A stretch of 63,559 nucleotides of DNA, filler included, from Asterionella formosa (GCA_002256025.1; 9 parts of 9 records of this genome joined end to end with filler, not necessarily neighbours in it); one strand, 5' to 3'. Numbered from the whole stretch's first letter, positions 36,130 through 49,300 are shown. Notes: generated by a model from the letters alone, not told the origin. Numbers and translations: made by a program.

Positions 36130-36495
36130 ACTGCTACAATCGAATCTACTCCTGGCCTTGAATATCCTCCATCAAGCGGAATGAAGCCATTCCTCTTGCT
36201 CTTCTTGCTCATCATAGAATTTTACATTGTCATCATACAGTTCTAGCACCTGCGCAAACTTTTCGATGTACTTGCTCCATTGTGAAGGCAATGCTGCAAC
36301 TTCAGTGCAAAGTTCTGTGCCATCCTTGATGAGGACAGCCTTGATCGTCTCCAATGGCTTGCCCAATACATCCTCCACAACAGCCAGCTTGAACCTGATC
36401 ACATCATCAGCCATAACCGCTTTCCCACAGCATTCATGTTGCTCACATGAGCGCCCATTGCTGGAAGCATTCAGTCCAAGCAACTCCACATCTCG
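36130..36495 (-). pseudogene. Small TE-associated ORF remnant (E..G...S.NGRSCE.H..CG family)
   Basis: VELLGLNASSNGRSCEQHECCG...DGTELC...FAQVLELY resembles small ORFs recalled from diatom DNA transposons; recognition only. Confidence 0.45.
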
Positions 36496-37056
36496 GCTGT
36501 TGATTGTTGCTGATCTTGTAGTACCGATATTACCGGTAGTTTATAATGGTAGCATCATTCAATTTCCGCCACAAAAATCAGAATTATAGCACGTTACTTT
36601 GTCTATGTCTAGAAAATTATTGTTTGTTTCGTGCCACCTCGAAGAAAATGTAAAGGGGGGTCCAGCAACCTCAGGGGGGTCAAGGACATTGAAGTACACG
36701 GTATATAAACGGTAATGACTAGTATTTATTTACTACCGGTATATAAAGAAATACACCGGTACACAAAGGACGGATCTTCTATCCTATTTACCGTAGACTG
36801 GAAAGGCAAGGACGGTACCAGCAGGTACGTAAAAACAACCTGTGGTACAAACCACCAGTGAACACGTCACCCCCAAAATTTTGCAATTCTGCTGGTTGTT
36901 GAATCGGAACCCTCATATGGTAAAACCAAAACGGAGACCCCCACAGTCTCCCCCTCCTTGAATATAGCGATCAGGCCATCCCACTGGAGGCACTGATCAA
37001 TACTCACCCGAATTAGCTCGGAAACCTTTTCTCTTGGCACTGTTTGTTGTCCATAA

Positions 37057-37494
37057 TCTCCATTCTTTCCGGAAGGGCACTCTCCACACCGCTGCGGCTT
37101 TGTCATCGAAAAGTTCTCCCTCCGGACCCCAGTCCCTGCTGAAGCTGGAGAATTAGTTGCCGCAATCACCAGTGGGGAGCATCCGCACTTAGCCTTTGCC
37201 GCCCTCACACAACTACATGGGAAGATCACTGTCACATGCCTCCACCGTCTCTTCCGCTACCCTGAATGCTTAGGTCGACCCACCCCTTGGGACAATTACA
37301 TTTTCGGTTTACTAGGAGATGTGGTTGTACACCAGTTCCCTTTAGTCTACGCTGGTGAAGAGTTATTTGCTCCTATTGGCCCTGTGCATGTCCCAACCTT
37401 GGCCACAATGGATGAAGCCCTCCAAAACTGGGAACTGCATGGTGGCCCTGGGGAATTCATAGGACCCCTCATCACTCCTGACCAAGCTCTTTAG
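37057..37494 (+). pseudogene. Open-frame fragment lacking an upstream ATG, possibly gag-like ORF of a DIRS/Ngaro-type element
   Basis: ~145 codons absent from the ORF track: ...LHRLFRYPECLGRPTPWDNYIFGLLGDVVVHQFPLV...VHVPTLATMDEAL...; GC-richer than its flanks; family call tentative. Confidence 0.4.
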
Positions 37495-37891
37495 CTGTTC
37501 ATGTTTTGCTTACACAACAACATGCATTTCGCTTCTATCTGCCTTCACTTACCACAAATTGAGGAGGTAACTGATGCATATTTCTGTAGAAGAATGTGTG
37601 AGTCGAAGATTGAATGAGAACAAGCAAAGTATCAATCAATAAATGGGCTCCAACACTCCTGTTTGCAACCTACAAATACTGTTTGTCTACCATTATCCTG
37701 TAAGAAGCAACACATATGTATCAGTTTTTCTAACAGTTGTAGATTGATCCAAAGATGGCTGATAGGCAGCACTTACCGATTTCTTTTGTCCACATTGATG
37801 GTTGGCCAGCCACCAAATCGAAAAGGAGCTATTGAATCACTGAAAGGGGACGAGTCATTCCGTAATTGTAATCCCAGCAATTAATCATCTT

Positions 37892-38226
37892 GGCATTTGC
37901 TCTTGACAAACCGTGATGCTATGCACAGCTTGTTGATTCCGCCCTTCTCCATCATATTCACTCATTCTTATTGTGCTGTATTGTCACTTCAGTTTTTCGC
38001 ATCATGTGTTGCTTGAGATCCTTCATTTCAGGAAGTGGATGCAGCATGACAAGGAACATGAAAGGCATTTGCTCTTGACTTACCATCAATTGATTCCGCC
38101 CTTCTCTTCTAAGCCGCAAGTATCGCTCATTGTGCTTTATTATCACTTTCGTTTTCCGCGTCATCATCTGTGTTAATCCTTCTTTTCAGGAGCAAAGTGT
38201 ATGCATGACAAGGAACCACATGAAAA
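37892..38226. repeat. ~170-bp diverged tandem duplication
   Basis: ggcatttgctcttgac...ttgattccgcccttctc...gcatgacaaggaac, two copies. Confidence 0.8.
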
Positions 38227-40521
38227 AATGATTTCAAATGTTTCAGCCAGCCAAGAATACATATATATAAAGATTTGTAAGAAGTTTAAATGTATATATA
38301 GTTGAACATTTGCATAGTTTGAAACACGCTCATTATACGGCACATCCTGTGTATACTAATATCAATTTTGATTATACATAATTCAAATATATACAATGCA
38401 CGATGAGTTCATAGTTTTCCACGACCTGTTGAGTTTTTTCAATTTTTTTTGTCAATTCTTGTACCTACAAGTCAGTGGCTGATTTAATTAAGCCCCTTAA
38501 TAAACGGGAGTCATCACCAATTTTTCAAATGGTCGAAATCATACATTTATGTATATAGACATATTGACCAAAATTCATATGGCCTACCGGTAGTGCTGTA
38601 TAATTGCCGGTAATTACTTCCATCATGGAAATACCACAATAGTGCAGCGGAAAACTGAATATGCTCATGTGTTTAGGATCATTTGATCATATTTTTAAGA
38701 TTAATTAATCCTGATTCTTGAAAATAAATGTTGATCGTTCATTTTCTAATCAACGACACCGTTCATCATATGATCAATATGTTATGATTAAAGTTATAGG
38801 ATAAACGAATCTAAATTCATTGATTAAAGATCATAGTTTGGTATACCGGAGTAGTTGCTCATGCATGCAACCCCTTCCTTCCCTGTATACAGTCCGGAAG
38901 TGATAAATCCCAAGCTACCAATTTTTTATGTCTTGTAAGAATTATCGCAGCATGCATGCACACATGACTCCTACTGGTATATACAATGCGGGAGTGATGA
39001 CCACCAGACTACCAATCCTATAGGTCCTGTAGAATTATCGCAACATGGCTGCATATCTACTAATGAAAGGGCGGGAGGAGTCATCCATGCACCTGTATAG
39101 TATGAAAAATGGAAATGATCAAATATAGCTAGTCTACACAAAAAGCAGTGTATCATATATGCCCTGTTATTTTAATTCCTATGAACTCTCTTGATCTGTT
39201 CTGCGTTTTTTCGCCACAATTGTTTTCATTGGCTGTTTCACTGGACAGTATTCGAATTGCTTGTGCTTTGAATGAAGCAATGATCAAAGTCCACCCCATT
39301 GCAGAATGGTGAGTCTTACAACTAAGTATCAGCCAGTCGATTAAAATTGGACTGTCTTTTGTGCACCCTCGCCTCGTTGTGTTTGTACTTGACTTGGCAG
39401 CTGTCAGCCAAGAGCAGCTGTGGTATGCCACCATCTATTGTCTATACAAGTTTCGAATACGTTCAGCTATGATAACTTTTGCTCCCCCCTCCTAAACACT
39501 AGTATCTCACCACCCTTGTCATAGATTTTTCTTTATCCTTTGGCTTCACAGGCCCAGGTTACTCAATGCCTTCATCTGCAAGGAGTTCAGCCAAGCAGGT
39601 CCACGTTGGCGTCAAGAAAACCTCAACCCCGATTTTCCTCACATGCTCCACCCATTGACTTCTTCATTGATGAAGTCGAGGTAGCTATATTGACGACATC
39701 AGGTGGCGCAGGCTTGTGTATAGATTGATGATGCTGAAATCATTGCTTCCTTTTCCCGTAGGTACCTATTTGTCAACATCAATCTATTCTTGTTCCCGCA
39801 AGGCCAGAAGCAATTTTCCCTTTAATTCTCCTCCCAAGAACCTTCATTTCTCTTTCACAATTGTCCTGATGTTTGCAGAGCATTTTTAGTTTGATTTTTA
39901 CACTGGTTTCGATCCCTTTTGCATTCAAGTCAAGAAACAAGCAACTCATTGAGATTTTTGGAGGTTTTGGTCAGTGGCACCATAAAGCAACAATCAACAG
40001 ATCATGTCGGCTGTTCTCCATTTTCTGTAGCAAGTGACATTCAAGAAGGGACTGGGATCATTGGGGAGAAAAATTAGTAGGATTCTCTGTGTTTGCCACC
40101 GCCCGTTTGGCAGCCATTCTACCATTGCTTCCTCTCAATCAATACTAGCTAGTATAGCTAATGAAAACCGTAATTAGATGAAATGTGACTTCCGGTTTCT
40201 AATATTTTACATTGTTGCACTACTGAAACTTGAATCCATAAATGGTCATTCAACTTGTGCTTATTGCATTTTTGCAGTATAGACTGGCTGGTGGGCGATG
40301 GGCCAAGCAAAGTGTCTCGCTTTTCATGAACATCTACAAAGTACTAGTGCTTTTGTCGACGTTTGTGTCTAAATCCAACTGCTGCCATCCATTGAACCAT
40401 TCCAGATACATCAAAGAATACGCTCCTGTCTTTAAAGGTAAGGAACTAGTACGATGACAAAGAAAATCTAATGAGACATGAAAATTACGAAACCAGAATG
40501 ACTCTTTTACTATAAATAGCT

Positions 40522-41158
40522 AGACAGTCTAATGCTTCTTTGTGCATATCGCCTGCTATGCTGCATTTCCATTCTAGATGTATTACGTTCTTGTTAGAGA
40601 GACAATGTTACGGAGAAGTAGATTGTGCTGTTCTATAATGGATGTTGTTTAGCTATGATTGAGGTTGTAACACTGATTGATGCTCTGGTGACAGACCGGC
40701 CGGAAATATTCGTCTTGTGTGATGAGCCATTTCGTTTTCATTGGATTTCTTTTCAAGCTCTTAACGGATTGCATAGTACGAACATACTGTGCAATGTAGA
40801 TGATGATTCATCGAAGACATATGATGACTTGTACGACAAATGAAGATTCTATCACAAACACTCGTTCCTCTCGACAAGGCTGGTTTGTCGTTGTTGCAAG
40901 AATCAGAGTGAGGACTGGCGAGGATGATGAGCCAAACCACATTACTCTAACTGGTACATTATCCTACCAAGAAATTTATATAAAGGAACCTAAAAGAAAC
41001 AATACATATAATAATTAAATTTCCATAGTCAAAAGGGTTACTATTTAAATTACGAGGCCATTTATCAAAATTATTAGATGATATAACGAAAAATTATGAT
41101 CAGATGATCATAATCCTATGATGCATCATGGAAATATGATGGTTTTTATTTGCAGACG
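40522..41158 (+). repeat. Diverged internal copy of the left TIR
   Basis: Alignable along its length (e.g. ctggtacattatcctac, aatacatataataattaaa) and near-identical after ~41028. Confidence 0.8.
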
Positions 41159-41552
41159 AATAAAAACTATCATATTTCCATGATGCATCATAGGATTGTG
41201 ATCATCTGATCATAATTTTTCGTTATATCATCTAATAATTTTGATAAATGCTTTTGTAATTTAAATAGTAACCCTTTTGACAACATGTCTTTAATTATTA
41301 TATGTATTGATTCTATTTGATTCCTGTATTCGAATTTCTTCGTAGGATAATGTACCAGTTCAAGTAATGTAATTTGGCTTGTCATTTCCATCCGTTATCA
41401 CTCCGATTTTTGCAACAACAACGAAATGCTAGCGATGACAAGCGGAATGAATGTTTGCGATAACGTCTTCAATTTGTTGGTCAAGTGATCTTTATATCTT
41501 CGAGTAATCGTCATGTGCAGTGAACCTTTGTTCATAATCATTCAATTAAGAG
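41159..41552 (-). repeat. Partial internal TIR copy (direct repeat of ~41746-42139); forms a hairpin with 41028-41150
   Basis: Same MEMTSQITLLELV... ORF as in both TIRs; 8-nt loop tgcagacg at 41151-41158. Confidence 0.9.
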
Positions 41553-41557
41553 CTTAA

Positions 41558-41669
41558 CTGTCATTATCTGAAAATTTTATTTCCCAAGAAGCAAGGAGTG
41601 ATTTGGTGAAATTGGTTATGGCCTTTGAACAAAATAGTACAGAAGGGTTTATCAGAGGGTGTGTTGGTG
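41558..41669 (+). mobile_element. ~110-bp PIF/Harbinger transposase fragment
   Basis: LKILFP then (frameshift) LVKLVMAFEQNSTEGFIRGCVG, matching the A.GF...S..G.I.GCVGAIDG motif. Confidence 0.55.
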
Positions 41670-42359
41670 ATTGTAGAACAGTAAATATACTCTAGAGTCA
41701 TTTACTTTAGCATTTATAGTGATTCACGTCAACTGTACGTCTGCAAATAAAAACTATCATATTTCCATGATGCATCATAGGATTGTGATCATCTGATCAT
41801 AATTTTTCGTTATATCATCTAATAATTTTGATAAATGCTTTTGTAATTTAAATAGTAACCCTTTTGACAACATATCTTTAATTATTATATGTATTGATTC
41901 TATTTGATTCCTGTATTCGAATTTCTTCGTAGGATAATGTACCAGCTCAAGTAATGTAATTTGGCTCGTCATTTCCATCCGTCATCACTCCGAGTTTTGC
42001 AACAACAACGAAATACTAGCGGTGACAAGCGGAATGAATGTTTGCGATAACGTCTTCAATTTGTTGGTCAAGTGGTCTTTATATCTTCGAGTAATCGTCA
42101 TGTGCAGTGAACCTTTGTTCATAATCATTCAATTAAGAGTTTACAGGAGAGAAGAAACCATTCGAACTCGTAATGTTTCCGCTCACAGCGCACAAAGTAT
42201 ATCCGTTTCGTCCACTTCAGCATGACAATCTCGCCAATCAACCTGTAAACAAACACATTCTACTTGTTCTCGTTGAAATTTTCAATTCTCACATGATACT
42301 ACATCTACTATTGAGATTCAGCATAGAAGGAGATACGAAAATGTGCGTAACAGACTACT
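41668..42359 (-). repeat. Right terminal inverted repeat of contig 6
   Basis: Ends ...CAGACTACT, the exact reverse complement of the contig start. Confidence 0.95.
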
Positions 42360-42459
42360 NNNNNNNNNNNNNNNNNNNNNNNNNNNNNNNNNNNNNNNNN
42401 NNNTTAATTAATTAANNNNNNNNNNNNNNNNNNNNNNNNNNNNNNNNNNNNNNNNNNNN

Positions 42460-45400
42460 CAATCCGTGTAAAGCACCACAACCCACCAGTGTCAGATCCG
42501 AATTTCACACTGGTACCTGGTGGATAGATGCCCATGAATATTTATGTTCTCAGCCAAATGACTTCCTTGTTCCACTCATGTTCTTTCTTGACAAGACACA
42601 CACGGTTGAAAAAGGAAAGTACACAATGGAGCCTGTCATAATGTCATTTGGTATATTTACTACCAATGTGAGAAATAAGGTTAATGCATGTCGGCCAATC
42701 GGATTGATCCCAAAGATGATCTCATCAAGTCTATCTGAAATCCAGTCCCTAACCCCTGATCAAAAGGAATCCGATTATCACGCTTTCCTTGGTGTGATTC
42801 TTGAGGGGGTCAAGAATTTCCAACAAGCTGGTGGATTCAAACACATTTTCAATTCCGGAGGCAATCAATTTACACTTAATGTGAAAGTTCCGGTTGGTCT
42901 AATTCTCGGTGATGCTGAAGGTTTAGATGGACAATGCGGACGAAAGAAAACATGTCTAAAGACTGCCAGAATGTGTCGTGAATGTGATTGTCTGTTTGAT
43001 CAAACGGACAATCCATCTCATGAATGCAGTCCTGTAGGTCAGATTGATTACGAGGAACTATTAATCCGGGGCATAACAGATTTATTGGATAATGTGAGCC
43101 AAAGATTCATCTATCCCTTTTGGTATCAGTTTTGTTTTGGTGGCGATCCTCTTGGTGTTAATGGGCACGTTCCTCCTGAAAAACTCCATTCCATTCAAGA
43201 AGGAATAATGGATCACCTCATGGAGCTATATTCTTATATGATCGGGCGCCCAAAAACAGTGAAGGGTAATTCCAATCAAAAACTGTTTGACCAGTTGTTC
43301 AACAAAATATCTTAACTCTTCCTTCACCAGAGTGACCGAGACCTTCCTCATTGTTCCTTCAATTTCGGCTTTCATGGTTGCAAAACGAAAATAACTGCTA
43401 ACGAAAGAATCGGAGTGATGCGTATTGCCTGTGTTGTCATGGCATGTGATGCTGGAATCAAAATCTGCCGAGAAGAAAGTGGTATGACCAATCAAGAAAT
43501 TCGAAACTTTCAAGGTCTATTCGAAGGGAGGCTCTGCTACAATGCCTGGTTTAGTAAAGAGAGTTATGATGTGGGAAATTTACCACAGGAACACCAAAGC
43601 GTTGTCAACTATTTTACTAAGCTGGTAAAAGAATGCCCGAGAACAACAACCTTTCAGGGATGGAAGCTTGCGAAGTTTCATCAACAGATGCATACTGTAA
43701 GAAATATTCATCGTTTCGGAAGTCCACAGGTTTTTAATGGAGTCCCAATGGAAAAGACTCTTAAATTCTTGTGTAAATTACCAGCCAGGACTTCCCAGAA
43801 ACGCAAAGATGTGATGGATATTCAAAGTGGGGCGAGAATGGTGGAGAACATGGTGATCGGAACCGCTTGTAGTCAGTTTCTTGGCGAAGATATTGGAGAT
43901 TTACAATACAAATTGGAAGCTGTCCCAGTTGACGTTGGAATTGTGAAATCCAAAACAGGAGGTACTCGATATTCTCTTCTGATTGAAGAAGATGGAAATG
44001 GTGAATTTGAGATTGCCAGGGTTTCATCATCATCAAGTAGCATCTGCAAAACTGGGGTTGACCGAGATCTGGTGCAAGTTCTAGGCGACCAATTCCTTCC
44101 TTTCATTTTATCCATGGAAATTGAAGTGATGTGCGACCACATCGTAGTGACAACGTAATATTTCATGCCCATCCAAGCTACCGTGGTGGTCATGTCAATA
44201 GCACGGGCATAATACAATAAAGTACCAAGAATCTCTTGCACACGTGTTTTATCATGGAGGTCAAGGACAGGGGTGACATCAGAAACAACAAATTTCTGGC
44301 GAGCGCCATAACTAGGTGCAGTCCAGGCATGGGGGGCATGTTGTGGGTTTGTTGGGGTGGAGTGTGTGAATCGTTTTAGAGCACGAACAATGTAACCAGG
44401 CATAGTGAGGTCAACTGTACGATGTTCGTAGTCCCACGTCAGTGTAAGGCCAATGTATCGAGAGCCAGTCCAATCAGTTGTGAGTCGGTATTTGGTACGT
44501 AAAGTGGTGAGGAGACGGTCCACGTCACTACGTTTGGTGTAACGTACACCAAAATCATCAACAACAAGCGTAAACATGAGATCACTGGTGGTATCCATCC
44601 ATAGGCCAGGGGTGACTGGGCAGGGGAGGTAATGATGTGGGAGCAAGAACTGAGCAAGTTGATCATTGGCAAGTTTACCAGCTTGAGGCAGCCCATACAT
44701 GCCACGACGGATTTCGGCATAGATGTGCCCATCAATGATTTTGGGAGCTAGGTTGTAGAGGGTTTGAATGTGTGGGGGAATCATCCATATAGGGATGCGC
44801 ACGTATTCATACTCGGCAGGTGCAAGATGACTTTCCAGATAAAAATCAGATAAATCCAGAGTCATGAAGCGGCCATCGGGGGTACTGATGGTGCTGTTGA
44901 ACAAACATTTTGCAGTAGTGAGATCAGCAGTCATGGTGCTGACATTGCCAGTGTAAATGACACGATCACCCCCAGCAGTCCAACGAACGCGTTGGGGAAT
45001 GGTTTTTTCAGGGCGATCGGCACACACAATGCGGATGTAAGTGGCGCGTTTGTGTGAGGGCATTTCATGCTGTAATCATAGGTTCCATTGACCTGTGCCC
45101 AAGCAGACAGTTTGGGGTTGATGCGTGAGCCACGGAGGAGGTTAAGAGTAAGTTCAGCTTGAACTAATAGTTGGTCCCACAAGTGGAGAGGAAAGTGTTT
45201 GTCGACACTGCATAGACCGGCAATGAAATGATTTTGAAAGGTGCGAATTGCATGTTCAGCGGCATCTGGATGTGGGACACACGTTCAATCAGAATCTGCG
45301 ATACTGTCTCGTGGTTTCCAACCAAAGTCCACCTACCCTGTAATTCATCCACTGACCTCATCACAACCAGTTTGCAGGACATGACCTATGCCTTGTAACA

Positions 45401-46108
45401 TCCCACCACTCGGTCTCCCGTTGCACCACTCACTGCAACCCACAAAGCTGCTCTCCAGCAGCTCCTTGAAATTCTCTCACCGCCTGAGCTCACCCAACTA
45501 CCCATTGCTCCCCTCCTGCATCACCCCATTCCATCACTGAGGGTGCCCGGTACAACCACAGCATCCACCATCCCCCTTCTCCCTGATCCTGATGCATGTA
45601 CACCTTTCCCGGTCTCTCCCGCCCTCGATGGCACTGCCCAACCACTGAGGGTGCTTAACCCTAACCCTACCCCTACCCCTACCGACCCGAGTGTTATTAA
45701 CATTCCTGGTATGATTGGGCAGAGTTTGCTTGGTTAGATGGAGAAACAGGAGTTGAGTCAATTGTGCTTGGCCAGATCTACGGTTTTATTGAATTGGGAT
45801 TGGGTCCGTCTTCGATCAATTTCACTGATCCAAGATTACCATCATCCTTGAGAAATCAAAGCCCCGGTGTCTTTGTCTTTGCAATTATTTACTCTTGTAA
45901 ATATGCCTCAGAACCTCTGCACAACTACTCAAGGTTGCTGTTAGAGGCTGATCTCACATTGGATCGACATGGAAACAAAGGACTTTTGTTTGTTCCCGTG
46001 GATTGCATTCATTCTCCTGCTGTTGTTGTTCCTAATTTAGGAGCCTCTCCAGGTAAGGTGATTCAAATCAAGCCGCAGTCTGCCTGGGCATCCCTATTCC
46101 ATTTTTGA
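42460..46108 (+). pseudogene. Plavaka-like (CMC/EnSpm-related) transposase, 5'-truncated, disrupted and interrupted by a copia fragment
   Basis: HTGTWW, PLMFFLDKTH, EPV, ILGDAEGLDGQCG, CRECDC, EKLHSIQEG, HQSDRD.P, WKLAKFH..MH, FHAHPSYRGG-HSWYDWA; internal stops. Confidence 0.78.
44194..45700. mobile_element. Rearranged LTR-less copia insert: RT (minus, 44194-45071), integrase core (minus, 45071-45265), post-integrase region and linker (plus, ~45262-45700)
   Basis: RT and IN pieces are nearly identical to 17665-18546 and 17130-17320; the plus piece encodes IWMWDTRSIRICDTVSWFPTKV...SSTDLI...PLRV. Confidence 0.9.
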
Positions 46109-46318
46109 TTTGCTGAATGATGCGATTGCATAAAGCAATCTATGAAAGAAATGTTCAGAAAAAATGTGTAGTTGATGATGTGGAAACGATAAATATTACT
46201 ACAAAACCAACAAACAAGGGAAGTAAGGTAACATATAATTATCAATTTTTATAGAAATCATTAATCTCCTTGATTCATTAGTAAGGTAGTAGGAGATGCT
46301 AAACATTCACTCATTTAC

Positions 46319-49300
46319 TCACAATGCAGATTCATAGTCAGAATCAATCACTTTGGACTTGTCCTCTTCATCTAACTTGGAATCTGATTTTTCACCACCA
46401 GTAGAGGTTTCACAACTAGTTGAGGACACAGCAGAAGACGAGGTTTCAGAGGAGGATGGGGTTGTAGATGGAGAACGTAAAAGATTCTCGCCATCGGCAG
46501 GCCCAGGGACATGGATGAGAACTTTTCCTGGGATGGAAACATTTTCAGAGAGAAAAGAATATTTTTGAAGGCCTTTTTTGGGGATCGTATTACCTTTTTC
46601 TTTTTGAGCAACACTAACTTCATTCTTTGCAAAGAGAGGTGGGACACCATCCTCGGAGACATTGGAACTATATTCGTCTTGGCTTTGTGAATTCAGCTTG
46701 TTGGTGTGTTTTGTTGGAGGCACAGGTTTGGGTACCGGTTTGACATGATCCTTCTGGAGAATAAGAAGTGTACCCTTCGTGACCTCATCATCCTTCTTGT
46801 CGACCGCAGGTACCTCCTTCACACTTGATTTCTGAACAGACTTGAGAAATTCCAAAGAAGGAACATCCTCTGAGAGAATGGAACTATCTTCGTCGTCTTT
46901 GCCTTGCGGAATCACTCTGGTGCTGGTATGCTGAATCACTCTAGTGATATGCTTGGTTGGAGGCACAGGTTTCAGACCAGGTTGGACATGCTCCTGCTGG
47001 AGGGAGATAGAATGTGGGAGCTTGATGATAGACCAGGTTTCACCTAAAGTTTCATCTGGGTTCCTATCTCGCTGGAGGGTAAGATGTGGACCCTTCTCGA
47101 CCTGCTTATGATCCTTGCAGTTGACCCCAAGCAACTTCATATTCGATTTTTCAACAGACTTGAGAAATTCCAAAGAAGGACCAGCATCTGAGGCATCATC
47201 TGAGGCGATGGAAATATCTTCTTCGTCTTTGCCTTGTCGATTAGCCTTGGTGATGTGTTCTTTTAAGGCCACAGGTTTGAGGGCAGGGTCTAATACTGGA
47301 GGTGGTCGATGAACAAGAACCACAGTGGCTTTGCCACTGTTTTCCTTACGCGCAATTTTCTCTGCTTGAGCTGCTGATTCAAGAACTGAATCATTAGTAT
47401 TTGAATCATAATTCTTGGTGCTCCGGTCAAATCTCAAGTGGACAGGATTTTTGGCTGGACTAGAAATATTGTTAAGCAAAGCTGGTGGAGTTGGGACCAC
47501 AGCTTCTTTGGCCTTTACGATGTTCTTTTCCTTGGAAGAAATGAAGGTTTCTTGCTCGATGTTTTTACGCCCCTCATTGTTAATGTTGGTCAAAGGTGGT
47601 GAAGGTAGGACCTGAACATCAACAATTCTCTTGGAGTCAAACCTGTTGGAAACGCCAAAAGTAGGGTCTTGAAAACTGTGCATCCACTTTGCACTCTCTT
47701 CCACACCCTTGTTCCCAGTGAGAGGCGACTTGCTATTATTTTTCGTCAAATCTTCATTTGAAGATGGGGACAACACTCGTTCCGCATACTGCAAGCACTC
47801 CTGACGAAATTGGTGGTAGGCTGCATCAGCCTGATAGAGCAAGCTGGAAACATTTGCTGTGTTAGTGACACCCTTGAAACTCCCTTGAGAGCTGAGCCTT
47901 TGAGTGGTGATCGCTCGGCATGAAGCAAGAGTTCCTGCTAGGTCAAATTAGTTCGATCTTATCCCATGGTGGGACAGGATGAGTTCCAGCTTGATCACAT
48001 TCTGGTTACTTTTGTTGAAATTGACAACAGAAGGTAGTTCAGGATTGACACAATGAAGGAGGTCATTCTTTGAGGCAGTTGCCTTTGACTCACTACTATC
48101 ATCATCTGTTAGACTAATCACATCATTGTCCTTGAAAGAAATTCGTGATTTCTTGGAAATAGAACTAGAAGGGGGCCAGGTAGCCTTCGATCATTTCTTG
48201 ATTATTGGCACAGCAACTTGTTGGGACTCCGGTTTGGAGACCAATTTGCTGGAGGTGGCAGCTGATTTGGAATCCGGTTTGGATACTTTTTTCCTGTTTA
48301 TGGCAGCTGGTTTAGAGTCTGGTTTCGATACTATTTTGCTGGGAATCGCGGCGGGTTTGCAGTCCGATTCAGATTCTTCGTAAGGATTAGTTACAGGCAT
48401 TGATGCAACATCTCGGCTACTGGCTGTTGACTTCGCAGCGTTGTAAGCACCTGCCTTGGATGTGATGGCTTTGGTAGCATCATGCTTGGGAGTAGCCTTG
48501 GCAGAAGGCTTGAGTGCAACAGCTTTTGTAGCAACAGTTCTTGGAGGAGCCTTCATCCTCGTCTTTGCAGCGTTCTTTGGAACACTCTTCTGCAACAATC
48601 GGGATTGGGCCTGTGTTGATCCTGCTGTAACTATAGAAGCAGCCTTCTGCAAAGTGCCTCTCCTCGCACGCTTTCCGAGCGCATAAGAAGGCGCTTCCAA
48701 GCGGGCATACTCTGACCTGATAGCTGCCTTCGCATTCATCACCTCTGTCAGGCGATGAATGCAAAAATAGAAATGTGTGAATGAATAAATGAATATGAAT
48801 ACAGCATATAAAGTAAACGAACATACCTTTTGGTTGCTTGTAGATGAAACCCCCAATGGGAAGAAACATCGAGTACACATAGGCTTGCTCTTCCAATCGA
48901 TGATCAAGAAGATCATAATGGAGTGGCTGAAAGAAGACTCCCAGCCATATTTGTTCGCAAACGCACGATAGGAAAGGTCTCGAAATTTGCTGGTTCTGGC
49001 ATATCAGGTCCATAATTGTATGAATCAACATCGCCATTGTTCTTGTTCCTCTCATCATGAAGAAGGTTTTCAAGAGGATGATTGATCCTGTCCATCCAAG
49101 GAATAGGATTGCAGTGTACAAATCCCAAGGATTTATACCACTCAACCGCATTGCCCAGCACCTGCGCAAAAACTGTTTGATGTTGGGAAGGACATCCTGG
49201 GTATGCACAGTTCCAGGCCTCCTCATCGATACGAAGACGAGTAGCAGCTTGGATCAGCAGCTGACCCATTCCACGTTCTTTGTACTTGTGCAAATCATGG

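Noticed and set aside
35392..42359. DIRS element with ITRs and internal complementary region
   Set aside because: No RT or tyrosine recombinase, and the internal copies do not have the short end-joined ICR structure.
43873..45063. 396-aa novel RT fusion ORF
   Set aside because: The RT fragment simply reads through into the antisense strand of the Plavaka-like transposase.
45655..45683. Telomere-like TAACCC/TACCCC repeats near the insert end
   Set aside because: Only two perfect units, and in frame with the Pro-rich copia linker (NPNPTPTPT); insufficient for telomere addition.
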